A stretch of 64,000 nucleotides of DNA, taken from Candidatus Woesearchaeota archaeon (GTDB lineage: Archaea; Nanobdellota; Nanobdellia; Woesearchaeales; ARS49). The stretch spans positions 6,010 through 70,009 of the forward strand of contig JAGVZE010000012.1 in the NCBI GenBank assembly GCA_018302815.1, given 5' to 3'. Numbering within the stretch: the first letter of the stretch is position 1; the number at the start of each line of letters is the position of its first letter. Shown here in pieces: positions 19,771 to 29,702 of the stretch. A program made the position numbers and the translations under genes. Below the pieces are notes generated by a model that saw only the letters and a program-made list of their open reading frames with translations, was not told the DNA's origin and made no database searches.

Positions 19771-20106
19771 TCACTCCAATTCTATCACTATTTTTCTTCC
19801 CCTTTTTGAGATTGCGACGTTTTCGTCGCCTTTGATGTTGAGCTCGCGTTCTATGTCTGCAGGGATGCGTAGGACTGTTCCTCTTGCGCTTTTGCTTAGC
19901 TTGCGGTGAAGTTTTAATGGTTGTCCCCAAAGGCCGAGTCTGCGCGCTACCGCAATGATAGGTTGAAGCTCTCGTTCAGGTATGTATTCCTCGCCGCAAG
20001 AAAGGCAGCGTTGGCCTTTGGCAATGAAAAAATAACCTTCGAGATCGTGGACTATATCGTTTACATCGCTCAGTTTTCCTGTTTCACATTTCGGACATGT
20101 TTTCAT
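19771..20106 (-). CDS. Antitoxin-like protein: YgiT/MqsA-type zinc ribbon + AbrB/SpoVT-like domain
   Basis: Start refined to MKTCPKCETGKL...CLSCGEE (a CxxC...CxxC ribbon). The C-terminal GTVLRIPADIERELNIKGDENVAI resembles an AbrB swapped hairpin. ATGA overlap with the upstream ORF. Confidence 0.6.
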   Translation of the reverse strand: MKTCPKCETGKLSDVNDIVHDLEGYFFIAKGQRCLSCGEEYIPERELQPIIAVARRLGLWGQPLKLHRKLSKSARGTVLRIPADIERELNIKGDENVAISKRGRKIVIELE

Positions 20107-20366
20107 AGGCGTTTTGCTCCTGCTGAACCAGTGATGCACACCAGCTTATTTTCCGTATTATAATAGACCGTGATGATTTTCTTATATCCTGACTTATTGA
20201 CGCATATCTCGAATTTCTGTTTGCCTATTTTCTCAATCTTATACGCGCTTCGTATCATTTCTCGAAGGAACGCAACATCCCAGCCCCACTTGCGCATCCA
20301 GCCGAGAGCGAAATGTTTTGTTATGATAATCTCGACTGTTTCTATATTCCAGGGAACTTGCATCAT
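20103..20366 (-). CDS. Putative toxin partner (DUF4258-like small protein)
   Basis: 87 aa with a 4-nt ATGA overlap onto the antitoxin-like gene. ITKHFALGWMRKWG...KKIITVYY loosely resembles DUF4258 toxins. Confidence 0.45.
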   Translation of the reverse strand: MMQVPWNIETVEIIITKHFALGWMRKWGWDVAFLREMIRSAYKIEKIGKQKFEICVNKSGYKKIITVYYNTENKLVCITGSAGAKRL

Positions 20367-20503
20367 TCATCACCTTTTCACTACATTTTCATCATATTTA
20401 AAACCTTCGCTGAAATTCAAGAACTATTTTCTCTTAAAGAACTCATCGATAAAAAAGTCGTAAAGTTTCCGAACAAAATCAGAATACGACAGTTAGGACA
20501 ATG

Positions 20504-21004
20504 TTACTTCAGCGCTTCGATGCCTTTGTAGAGAGCAACGCCTAATAAAGTGCAAGCGGCTGTTCCTGCAATCACGGAAAATATGGGGCCTAGTATACCA
20601 TTCCAAAGCACGTCATGATCTCGATACGTTTCCCAAGCAGGAACGCCCTTTGGCCTGTACAGGCATAACGGGCACCCGCCAATTTTATGCAAGAAGCATT
20701 GTCCGCGGTTATCAAAAACCTTGCTGATGGTAGGAGGGGGATTGCCAAAGCGGCGGACGAGTTCACGATAGGTGTCCTCGCATTTACGCTTGAAATCATC
20801 GTTATGTTTTTCTTGAGGACTCTCATCCGACAAGGTTTTCTCCAAGCCGCTCGGATGCGTTCCGTTCCCCAATTCTTTCGCGCAATCCGGATGATACGTC
20901 AGTTTTTCTTCGCCTACAAGCTGGATTAAATCTCCGACCGGCTCTTTGCAATAAGAGCAGTTCAGTTTGTCTAAACGCGCGCCGGTGAAGTTGATTTGTT
21001 CCAT
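20504..21004 (-). CDS. Membrane-anchored protein with N-terminal CxxC...HxxC zinc-ribbon-like domain (paralog B)
   Basis: Start refined to MEQINF. Shares the 44-aa N-terminal domain with 18719-19288, but has a different Cys-containing middle region and a single C-terminal TM helix. Confidence 0.55.
   Translation of the reverse strand: MEQINFTGARLDKLNCSYCKEPVGDLIQLVGEEKLTYHPDCAKELGNGTHPSGLEKTLSDESPQEKHNDDFKRKCEDTYRELVRRFGNPPPTISKVFDNRGQCFLHKIGGCPLCLYRPKGVPAWETYRDHDVLWNGILGPIFSVIAGTAACTLLGVALYKGIEALK
20873..21004 (-). repeat. Copy B of the ~130-nt repeat encoding the shared N-terminal domain
   Basis: See copy A (19157-19288). Same strand, about 1.7 kb apart. Confidence 0.8.
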
Positions 21005-21060
21005 ATGGTAAACTATTAACAGGTTATTATTAAGCATTATGTAGGTCGAGTAAATTAGAA

Positions 21061-22842
21061 TTAAACGTACCCTTTCGCTTGCATGTTAAACAGCTTGGCG
21101 TAGTGGCCGTTCTTCGCGATGAGTTCTTCGTGCGTGCCGTCTTCAAGCAGGCGTCCTTTGTCCATTACAAGGATTCTGCTGGCGATTCGAACTGTGCTGA
21201 ATCTGTGCGAGATCAAGAAAGTTATCTTGTTCTTGGTGAACTGTTCGAATCGTTTGAATATTTTGAACTCTGCTTTGGCATCGACCGCGGCTGTGGGTTC
21301 GTCTAATATGAGTACTTGCGGGTTTTTGAAGAACGCGCGCGCCAAAGCTATCTTCTGCCATTGTCCTCCTGAGAGGTCTGTTCCGTGTTCCATTATTTTC
21401 TTGCCGAGCTGGGTTTTGTATTGTCTCTCAAGGCGTTTGATGAAGTCCGCAGCTCCTGATTTGATTGCGGCTTTGTGTATCTGCAGTTTTAGTCCGGAGG
21501 TTTTGCCGAATGCGATGTTCTCTTCGACAAGTGCTTCGTATTTCATGAAATCTTGGAAGATGACTCCTATGTTGTTGTACAAATCATTTAACTTGAATTC
21601 CTTGATATTCACTCCATCTACAAGGATTTCTCCTTCTGTTACGTCATAAAGCCTGCACATGAGCTTGATCAGCGTTGTTTTTCCTGAGCCGTTTTCGCCG
21701 ACTATCGCAAGGCTCTCGCTTGGTTTTATGAATAGATTGAAGTTTCGAAGAACAGTGGCTGGCCGTCTAGGATATGTGAAGCTTACATTTCTGAACTCTA
21801 TTCCTTTTCTTATTTTTGAGGGGAATGGTTTTGGATGTCTTGGTTCTTTGATAACCGGTTCGAATCCCATGACGTCAACAAGTGGAGTCAAGAATGTCGC
21901 GTGCTGGTTGAGGCTGTCCATGCTTTGAACTAGCAGCCGCGCGTATCCTGCGAATTGGAACAATAGCGTAAGCAGGAACGTGAGGTCGCCGACGCTTATT
22001 GTACCATCGATAAACATTTGCACAACAAGATATGCTGCTGCGACTGCGAATAGTCCTTCAAATAATGTGGTGAAGGCGCGTCTTCTGAACTGGGTTTTTG
22101 CCGCTTTGTTTTGTTTTTCAACGAATGAGGAGAATAGCGCTCTGAATTTTCGAAGGAAATAATCTTTGAGGTTGAAAAGTTTGATTTCTTTTAACGCTTC
22201 GGGTTGTTCAGTTAGAAGGCTTCTGTAATAGTGCGCGTGCCGAAATATCGGGCTTCCTCCCGTGAATGCGCTCCAAACGACTTCCGCGGTCTTAAGCCCA
22301 ACGATAAGGCTCGGCGTTGTGCCGATGATGATTAACAAAACTATCCATGGATTGAATGTGAGAATGGCGCTCACTATAACGACTACGCTCACAATGCTGC
22401 TGATGAAAAAGCTGAACTGCCAAAAGAAATCCGCCAGGCGTATGAGCGCGCTGTTCGAACGTGTTAGCGTGTTATAATAATCAGGGTCCTCGAAATAAAT
22501 CAAATCAAGAGAGGATACTTTGTTCATTAGTTCGTGCATCGCGTAGCTTTCTATGTTGAGGCCGTGCACGCTCTTCACAGTGTTCATGATATCGTAAAAT
22601 AAATCGCGCGCGACGCTAAGTCCTCCATAAAGCAAAAGTATGCTTAAGAGTCCAAGTCCGAATTGCGTCTCTTTATGTATCAGAAAGTCCAGCAATAATT
22701 TTAGCACGTAAGGCTCGAGTATTGTCAAAAATCCTGCTAGAATTGATGATAAGAATAAAATAAAAGTGAGCGTTCGTGATGATTTATACGTCCACGACAC
22801 TGCAAGAGATAGCGCCTTCACCTTATTTTTGTACAAAACCAC
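21061..22842 (-). CDS. ABC transporter, fused permease/ATPase (MsbA-type exporter)
   Basis: Six-TM N-terminal half, Walker A GENGSGKTT, ABC signature LSGGQWQKIALARA, and Walker B ILILDEPT. Confidence 0.9.
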   Translation of the reverse strand: MVLYKNKVKALSLAVSWTYKSSRTLTFILFLSSILAGFLTILEPYVLKLLLDFLIHKETQFGLGLLSILLLYGGLSVARDLFYDIMNTVKSVHGLNIESYAMHELMNKVSSLDLIYFEDPDYYNTLTRSNSALIRLADFFWQFSFFISSIVSVVVIVSAILTFNPWIVLLIIIGTTPSLIVGLKTAEVVWSAFTGGSPIFRHAHYYRSLLTEQPEALKEIKLFNLKDYFLRKFRALFSSFVEKQNKAAKTQFRRRAFTTLFEGLFAVAAAYLVVQMFIDGTISVGDLTFLLTLLFQFAGYARLLVQSMDSLNQHATFLTPLVDVMGFEPVIKEPRHPKPFPSKIRKGIEFRNVSFTYPRRPATVLRNFNLFIKPSESLAIVGENGSGKTTLIKLMCRLYDVTEGEILVDGVNIKEFKLNDLYNNIGVIFQDFMKYEALVEENIAFGKTSGLKLQIHKAAIKSGAADFIKRLERQYKTQLGKKIMEHGTDLSGGQWQKIALARAFFKNPQVLILDEPTAAVDAKAEFKIFKRFEQFTKNKITFLISHRFSTVRIASRILVMDKGRLLEDGTHEELIAKNGHYAKLFNMQAKGYV

Positions 22843-22875
22843 AATGAAAATAGAGGATGGAGACTATATAAAGGT

Positions 22876-25800
22876 TTACTCGAAACGCAGGTAGATTTCG
22901 TAGAGCACAAGTCCGGATAGCACTATTGCGAGAACTATTCCTATTTTCACCACAGGTGATTGTGATGATGTGTCAACTGATTCTGCGAGTGTGCTTAGCT
23001 TTTCTTTAAGCGCGTTCCATGCATTCAAAAGTTTTGCGCCGATTCCTTCACTTGCTTCAGGCACGTCCACTATGACCGGAACCAAGGTTTCGCTTTCGAT
23101 AGTTACTTGCGCTGGCTGTTGTTCCGGTCTTGGTTGCAAGTTGAATGTCGGGAAGAATGGTATGTCCGCGTTCGAAACGCCTGCTAATTTGAACGTTGCG
23201 CTCAGGATGCTTCTATCGACTGATTTTGATACGACTTCAACATCAGGAACAGAGTCTTTGTTCAAATCGAACAGGCCTGTCTCTCCTGCTTGCACTGTTG
23301 CGAAGACGCCATTGATTACCCAGTCTGTTTTGCCGGATACATCCGCGCGTCGTAATACAAGAGCAAACGGCTGCTTTACTCCATTTATGCTGAATTGAAG
23401 CGGTCTTCCTATAGAAACGGTCTTGAGCTGAGGCGTGCTTGTAAGTTCTATTACTATTGCTGTTCCGCCGCCGCCTCCAGCGCCTCCTCCTCTTCCACCG
23501 CCTCGTCCTCCTCCTGTTGATGGTGCGGGTGGGTTTGATACAGTAATTGTACCGCTCGCAATCGAGCTAAATCCGAAGCTGTCAGTTACTGTGAGATTCA
23601 AAGTGAATGTTCCAAGGCTGGAGAATGTCTTGTTGACTGTGTTTCCTGTCGCGTTTGTTCCATCGCTGAGTGTCCAGTTGAATGTGAGCGAGTCATTAAG
23701 TGGTCCAGGGATATTCGCATCTGTTGATGTGCTGGTGAATGTGACTGTAGCTCCCGGATTCACGCCTGTGATTGCTGGAGTGAAGCTTGCGATTGGCGCT
23801 GCGGGCATTAGCTGCGAAATGTTCGCAGGACCGCTTATTGTCGCGTTGTAAGTGAGATTTCCAAAGGCGATGACTCCGGAGGTTATAACACAATTAGTGA
23901 TATTCGCTTGCTGTACGTCTGCTCCGCTGAATGCGCAATTGGTGATTAGGCTTTGGAACATTGTTGAATTTGAGATGCTGCTGTTGACTATTGTGCTGTT
24001 CGTGACGCTGCTGAATGTGACGTTGCTTTCTTCGATTATGCTGTTGCCTGTTACGTTTGTGCCGGTCAAATTGCTTGGATCAACAAAACTGTCCGCGAAA
24101 AAGCAGTTTGTCGCTATGATTCCTTTGACTATGCTGTTTGTGATTATGCAGTTTGTGAGCGTGCTGTTGGATACTGCGCTTGCTGTTGCAGTGACATTTA
24201 ATAGTGTGCTATTGGTTCCGTTGACAGAGCTAAGACCGCTATTCGTTGAGCTTGTGAATGATAGATTCGTGCTGCTCGCGCTCGTATTAACTGCACTTCC
24301 ACTTGTGTAAATACTGTTATTGAGCGTACTTGAGTTTATGATGCTGTTATCTAGTATGTTCTGCGCAAAATAAGTTACATCAGTATTGCTCGTGCTGCTT
24401 TGGTTGTTGCAGGCAACTGACAAGTTGAGCGTTCCAAGGCTGTACCCGCTGACGTTCGCGCTATACGTGATGTCGCTTCCTGAAAGGTTGTTTGTCATTG
24501 CTCCCTGCGCGACGTCATTAAAACTCCAAGAACAAGTCGTAGAGTTGCTTGTGTTGACTGAAAGTATGAACGAGCTGTAGTTGAATTGCGCGCCGTTCGC
24601 AGGATCAACAGAGACTATACTTATTGGAGGAATGATTGTGAGGACGTATGTCACATTCGCGGCTGTCGCGTTCTCATCGCCAGCGTATACTGCGAGTATC
24701 GGTATCGCCGCTGAGTCTGTGAAATTGCTCAAATTCAAAAGTGGCGATGTTCCGTTCTGAGCGAATGTTCCGTTGATGAATAGCGTGACGAATCCGCCTG
24801 CAGGGTTGGTGACATTGGCTGTTATCGTCACAGTGTCATTGATTTGCGCAGTTGTGTTGCCGTTAACGCCGTTGATGAGTAAAATTACCGCGCCGGTTCC
24901 TGGAACTATTGTGTAAGTCGCGTTCGATGTTATATTGGCATTATTTCGTGCGTCGCTTGCGTGCCAGAGATAAGAATGGTTGCCGACTGTCAAATTTGTG
25001 ATGTTTACTTCGAATGTGTTGTTGAATATTTGCGCGGCAGTGAAGTTTTGGTTATCTACTTCCAAAAACACGAATGTGACGTTGACATTGTCAGTTACGT
25101 TGCGCCTGAATGTGTAAACTGGACTGAAGTTCGCAGGGCTGCTTGGCGTCACGAATTCAGAGCTAAATATTGGCGCTGTCGTGTCAAGCACAGTCACATT
25201 GAATGATATATTGGCTGAACTGAAGTTCTGGCTTGCGTTGAATACTGCGGTGATTGTGAAAACGCCTGCGTCTGGGTATGTGATGTTGACAAGAAGCGGT
25301 GATGCTCCTGTTGCGACGTGCGTTCCGTTGTTGAATATGCTTACAACTCCGCTTGTGTTTGCAAGGGTCGCGTTCACTTGAACGACTGCGTCTTGAACGA
25401 CATCGATGTTGCCTGCCGTGTTATTTAGAGTGAGCAACAAGTCGCTTGTCGCCTTGACTAAAGTGTATACTGAGTTGTTTGTTGAATTTTTATTTCCTGC
25501 GGAGTCGTTCGTGAACCATTTGTATGAGTGGTTGCCTGCTGCAAGTGTTATGTTCGCTTCGAACGTGTCGCCGAATATGCGCTGCGCGGTCACGTTGGTT
25601 CCGTTTATTTCAAGCGATGCGTTGGAAACTGAGGTGTCGTCTGTGATGTTTACCCTGAAGCTGGTGTTTAATCCGGTGAATGCTGAACTATTCGGTGAAT
25701 TCACGCTCTCATTGCCGAATATTGGCGCACGTACATCTATGACCTCTATTACGAATGTTTTATTGCTTTCTGAATAGTTTTGGCTTCCGTTGAATCGTAC

Positions 25801-28800
25801 AAAAATCGTGTGATTTCCTAACACATCGAAGGTTTGATTAAACATCAGAGGCGTTGAACCTGTCTGCAAGAGCACTGAATTGTCGAATACTTCAACGAAT
25901 CCTGTCGCGTTGGTTATATTCGCGAATATTGTGACGTTCGTGCTGTTGCCGACTGTTATATTGCCTGCGATTCCAGCTATCGTGAATAGGATACTGCTTT
26001 GCGCAGGGACTATTGTATAGACTGTCAGATTGCTTGTATTCGTGTTGCCTGATGTGTCATTTGCGTACCAAAGAACTATGTGGTTTCCTGCGCTAAGTAG
26101 TGATGTGTTGACTTCGTATGTGTTATTACTGATTTTCGCGGCAGTCGCATTTACGCCGTCAAGTTCTAGTGTCACATTCGCCGCAAGGTAATCATCGAAT
26201 ACGTTTATTCTGAATGTGCTGTTTGTTCCAAATGCTGAGCCGTTGACTGGCGTGATTGTTTGAATGCCAAATGTTGGCGCTATCACGTCGACAACAGTCA
26301 AATTGAGTGAGATATTGCCCGCGCTGTAATTCTGATTGCCGGTGAATCGCGAAGTTATCAAGTAGACTCCGGGAACAGAGATTGACTGGTTAAGATTCAC
26401 TGGCGCGCTTTGATTTGCAAGGAGTGTGTTATTTCTGAAGAGTTCTATTCTGCCTGTCGTGTTTGTTACGTTCGCAAGTGTGCTGACATTGGTATTAAGG
26501 GGCGCGATGAAGTTCGCGGCTGTTCCGTTCAATAGCAAGACAAGTTCAGGCTGCGCCTGTACGATTGTGAACACGCTGGTGTTTGTGCTGTTTTTGTTGC
26601 CTGCGGAGTCGTTTGCGTGCCATTTGAATGTGTGGTTGCCTGCTGCAAGGTTGAATATTGTTATGTTGAAGAATGTGCCGTTGGTGCTTACGTTTGTCCT
26701 GTTTAGTCCGTCAAGTTCCAAAGTTACGTTTGCCATATTTGCGTTGTCTGAAACATTGACGCTGAATTGATAGCTTGCGTTTGGAGCGTAGACTGTTCCG
26801 TTGAGCGGGTCTAGCTGTCCAAATAATACTGGTGCGATAGTGTCAATTACGTTTATTGTCAGATTTGCGCTTGTGCAGGCTCCAAAATTATCGCAAGTTG
26901 TGATATTTAACAGAACAGGGCCGAGTGTTGTTGGAGCTGTTATGTTGATAAGACCGCTCGAGTTATCTATTGGGAACACGCTTGAGTTGGAGCTGAAGTT
27001 GAGCACATCGTTCGTAGGATCGCTGTCTGTAGAGTTGATATCATGGGTGAATAATAGTCCTGCCTGCGCGTTTTGGTTTGTAAGGTTGACTACAACAGGC
27101 GCGTCATTGATGTTCTGCACGGTCACTGTTATGTTCTGTGTCGCGTTGAGTCCTGTGCCGTCGAATAGGTAGAGCGTCATATTTGCTGTCCCGCTCTGGT
27201 TGACTTTGGGAGTTGCAAGCAAAAGGTCTGTGTTGGTTGCTATTGTGATTGTTGCAAGGCTGATGTCAAGAAGCGTGTTTGGATTTGTTTCGTTTGCGAG
27301 GCTGATTTCCCAGGTGAGCTGGTTGTTGTTTGCTCCGCTTCCGTCTTCAGGGTCGAATTCGTATGGTGTTAAATCAAGGCTGGTTGATTGTTCTTCGAAT
27401 GTTGTTATGTTTGGAACGGCTTGCGTGAATCTTGGCGCGTCGCTTGATGCGACTATTCGCAAAGTTGCGTTTGTTGTCGCGCTAAGAAGTGCTGGATCTA
27501 TCGCGCTTAGCATGAGCGTCACGTTTCCAAGGAAGTCTAACGGCGCAGTTATGCGCAGCGTGTTTATTGTTGGTGTGACGTTGAGTATGAATCCGCTTTC
27601 GTTTGCTGACACGGCATATGTTAGCTGTTGTCCGTCTGGATCGAAGAATATCGTGCTGAGGTTGACTGTGAAATTGTTGTCTTCGATGAACGTGAATATT
27701 GGGAAAGCGCTGATGACCACCGGACCATCATTTGTTGCGAGAACGTTGACCGCGAGAATTATGTTTGCGCTGTTGCCCTGATTGTCGAGCACGGATAATA
27801 AGAGCGCGGTGTTGCCGTTCGCGTTCGGCTGCGAAGTTATCGTCAGATAATGCGCGCTTGTCTGTTGCTCGACTGTCACAGTTGCAAGGCTTGTGTTGAG
27901 GCTGGTTGCGCTGAACGTGAATTGTGATGCTAGCGTATCAGCGTCTGTGACGAAGTTCGCAAGGTCAAGTATTCGGAACGCTTGGACGTCTTCTGTTATG
28001 TTTAGAACGGGAAGTGTTGACCAGATTGGAGCTGCTGTTGTTCCGCCAACGCTGACAAGTATTGAATCAGAGGCGTTTGCGCCTTGGCTGTCTGTCGCGG
28101 TGAATGTGAGCGTGTTGGTGCCGTTGAAGTTGAACAACGGAATGAGTGTCGCGACGCTGTTTGTTATTGTTGCGCTAATATTGTTGTTTCCGCTTACGCT
28201 GAATGCGAGAGTCGCATCTTCATTATCATTTGAGTACTGTGAGAGATTGAGTGTTGCTTGTCCATTGAGCGGGATTGTCATATTTGAAGGAAGGTTGATT
28301 GAAGGAAGCGTATTAGTTGTGCCAAGTACTATTGATTCTGTCTGCGTGCCGGCCACATTAACTGTTCCTGAAGTTGTTATGAATCCTTCTTTGATGATGG
28401 TGTACGCGTGTGTTCCAAGTGACACTATGAATGATATCACTCCGTTTAACGTACTCTGATTTTGTCCTGCGAAAATTACTGTCGCGTTGTCGACTCCTGC
28501 TCCTGAGCTGTTTAGGATGTTGAACGTGACATTTGCTGTTTGGATTCCAGAGACTGCAAGAAGTATGCTTGATTCAGCGGTTATTTCTGGTAAAGTTGTT
28601 GCGAGAACAGAATTCGCGCGTGCTTTGACGGTTATATTGTACGTTCCGTTTTGCGCGGCGTTGAATGAGAAGTTGTAGGGCGCGCTGATATTTTCGTTTG
28701 TGTTTGGGAATAATGTGAGGCCGGTTACGCTAAAGACAGTTGTGCTTCCAAACTTCACCATATAATCCACATCTGTTTGCACTGGAGTGGTTGTCTGGTT

Positions 28801-29697
28801 ATTTTGCACGTGGTTGGTTATTTTTGAGTATGAGACGTTGATTTGAACTAGGGCTTGCGCGTTCACCGGCACTGCAGTTAAATCAGAAAGGGTGCTGTAG
28901 AATTGTGAGCTTGGTTCGATGACGTTAAAAGTGCTTTGCGCGCTTTGGTTTTCGCTGTTTGCGCACTGCGTATCGATAACGCTAGTTGTGACACGCGCGG
29001 TGAAGTTTCCATTTTCAGCAGGAACGTATGTGAAGCGAACAGGCACGTTTTGGTCTGCGATTATCGCGTTGCCGTTTGCTGATGTGAAGTTTTGCGTCTG
29101 TGTGTGTATAACTCTGCTTGCGTTCAATATTTCAAGTGTGACCTGCGTGTCTGCGCCCCAGTATTGCTGAAGGAATTGAGAAGGAATGTAAGTCACACCA
29201 GTATTTACTATCTTGAACGCGCTGTTGGTTGTTGAATCAAGGCTTGCGCTTGTATTGACGCTAAGCGGCTGGTTGATTTCTGCGTTGTTGATGACGCTTA
29301 GTGAACCTACTGTCGCACGGCAAGTATTCGGCATTTTTGTGAATGTGTTGGATTCGTTTGTGGTGGCGACGCCGGGCTGTCCGAATGTGTTCCAGTTGTG
29401 TTTTCCTACTTTTGGACGGTATCCGGGTGTTACGAAGAATTCGGCGTACCATCCGCCGGGCGCGGATAAAGTGTCAGGATATCTGAAAATTACGTTTCCG
29501 TCTGTTGCGTTCGGTCCTTTTGTTATGCTTCCTGAGAATGTCTGCACGTTGACACAATTTGTATCAAGACAGTCGAACACTAGGCTCGATAGGTTTACTG
29601 CTGATGTGTTATCTGAGTAGTTGAAGAAATATGTGACGTCTACCGCGCCGAATACTGCCGGCGCGATCAAGAGCAATGCTAAGAGGAATTTTTTCAT
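22876..29697 (-). CDS. Giant modular cell-surface protein (2273 aa)
   Basis: Contains a Sec signal peptide, cadherin-like modules ending in NDGPVV/NDAPVV/SDAPRF (aa ~455-950), four ~184-aa tandem repeats (aa 951-1690), and an N/S/T-rich short-repeat region (aa ~1780-1945). These are followed by a PKD-like domain (aa ~1968-2054), a GGGRGGGRGGGAGGGGG linker and a C-terminal TM anchor. N-x-S/T sequons are extremely dense. Confidence 0.9.
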   Translation of the reverse strand: MKKFLLALLLIAPAVFGAVDVTYFFNYSDNTSAVNLSSLVFDCLDTNCVNVQTFSGSITKGPNATDGNVIFRYPDTLSAPGGWYAEFFVTPGYRPKVGKHNWNTFGQPGVATTNESNTFTKMPNTCRATVGSLSVINNAEINQPLSVNTSASLDSTTNSAFKIVNTGVTYIPSQFLQQYWGADTQVTLEILNASRVIHTQTQNFTSANGNAIIADQNVPVRFTYVPAENGNFTARVTTSVIDTQCANSENQSAQSTFNVIEPSSQFYSTLSDLTAVPVNAQALVQINVSYSKITNHVQNNQTTTPVQTDVDYMVKFGSTTVFSVTGLTLFPNTNENISAPYNFSFNAAQNGTYNITVKARANSVLATTLPEITAESSILLAVSGIQTANVTFNILNSSGAGVDNATVIFAGQNQSTLNGVISFIVSLGTHAYTIIKEGFITTSGTVNVAGTQTESIVLGTTNTLPSINLPSNMTIPLNGQATLNLSQYSNDNEDATLAFSVSGNNNISATITNSVATLIPLFNFNGTNTLTFTATDSQGANASDSILVSVGGTTAAPIWSTLPVLNITEDVQAFRILDLANFVTDADTLASQFTFSATSLNTSLATVTVEQQTSAHYLTITSQPNANGNTALLLSVLDNQGNSANIILAVNVLATNDGPVVISAFPIFTFIEDNNFTVNLSTIFFDPDGQQLTYAVSANESGFILNVTPTINTLRITAPLDFLGNVTLMLSAIDPALLSATTNATLRIVASSDAPRFTQAVPNITTFEEQSTSLDLTPYEFDPEDGSGANNNQLTWEISLANETNPNTLLDISLATITIATNTDLLLATPKVNQSGTANMTLYLFDGTGLNATQNITVTVQNINDAPVVVNLTNQNAQAGLLFTHDINSTDSDPTNDVLNFSSNSSVFPIDNSSGLINITAPTTLGPVLLNITTCDNFGACTSANLTINVIDTIAPVLFGQLDPLNGTVYAPNASYQFSVNVSDNANMANVTLELDGLNRTNVSTNGTFFNITIFNLAAGNHTFKWHANDSAGNKNSTNTSVFTIVQAQPELVLLLNGTAANFIAPLNTNVSTLANVTNTTGRIELFRNNTLLANQSAPVNLNQSISVPGVYLITSRFTGNQNYSAGNISLNLTVVDVIAPTFGIQTITPVNGSAFGTNSTFRINVFDDYLAANVTLELDGVNATAAKISNNTYEVNTSLLSAGNHIVLWYANDTSGNTNTSNLTVYTIVPAQSSILFTIAGIAGNITVGNSTNVTIFANITNATGFVEVFDNSVLLQTGSTPLMFNQTFDVLGNHTIFVRFNGSQNYSESNKTFVIEVIDVRAPIFGNESVNSPNSSAFTGLNTSFRVNITDDTSVSNASLEINGTNVTAQRIFGDTFEANITLAAGNHSYKWFTNDSAGNKNSTNNSVYTLVKATSDLLLTLNNTAGNIDVVQDAVVQVNATLANTSGVVSIFNNGTHVATGASPLLVNITYPDAGVFTITAVFNASQNFSSANISFNVTVLDTTAPIFSSEFVTPSSPANFSPVYTFRRNVTDNVNVTFVFLEVDNQNFTAAQIFNNTFEVNITNLTVGNHSYLWHASDARNNANITSNATYTIVPGTGAVILLINGVNGNTTAQINDTVTITANVTNPAGGFVTLFINGTFAQNGTSPLLNLSNFTDSAAIPILAVYAGDENATAANVTYVLTIIPPISIVSVDPANGAQFNYSSFILSVNTSNSTTCSWSFNDVAQGAMTNNLSGSDITYSANVSGYSLGTLNLSVACNNQSSTSNTDVTYFAQNILDNSIINSSTLNNSIYTSGSAVNTSASSTNLSFTSSTNSGLSSVNGTNSTLLNVTATASAVSNSTLTNCIITNSIVKGIIATNCFFADSFVDPSNLTGTNVTGNSIIEESNVTFSSVTNSTIVNSSISNSTMFQSLITNCAFSGADVQQANITNCVITSGVIAFGNLTYNATISGPANISQLMPAAPIASFTPAITGVNPGATVTFTSTSTDANIPGPLNDSLTFNWTLSDGTNATGNTVNKTFSSLGTFTLNLTVTDSFGFSSIASGTITVSNPPAPSTGGGRGGGRGGGAGGGGGTAIVIELTSTPQLKTVSIGRPLQFSINGVKQPFALVLRRADVSGKTDWVINGVFATVQAGETGLFDLNKDSVPDVEVVSKSVDRSILSATFKLAGVSNADIPFFPTFNLQPRPEQQPAQVTIESETLVPVIVDVPEASEGIGAKLLNAWNALKEKLSTLAESVDTSSQSPVVKIGIVLAIVLSGLVLYEIYLRFE
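24628..26847 (-). repeat. Four tandem ~184-185-aa coding repeats inside the giant protein
   Basis: Units start at IDTIAPVLFG (aa 951), VDVIAPTFG (1137), IDVRAPIFG (1320) and LDTTAPIFS (1504). Each contains LELDG/LEING...AGNH..W..ND.(A/S)GN. Confidence 0.85.
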
Positions 29698-29702
29698 GTT
29701 GA

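Noticed and set aside
23467-23514. GC-rich GCCGCC/CCTCCT tract as a non-coding repeat
   Set aside because: It lies in frame within the giant gene and encodes the GGGRGGGRGGGAGGGGG linker.
22970-29620. Numerous 60-190-aa + strand ORFs (e.g. 22970-23398, 27200-27781, 27893-28459, 29213-29620)
   Set aside because: All lie antisense within the 2273-aa minus-strand gene. They are low-complexity mirror translations of its N/S/T/V-rich repeats and have no independent start context.
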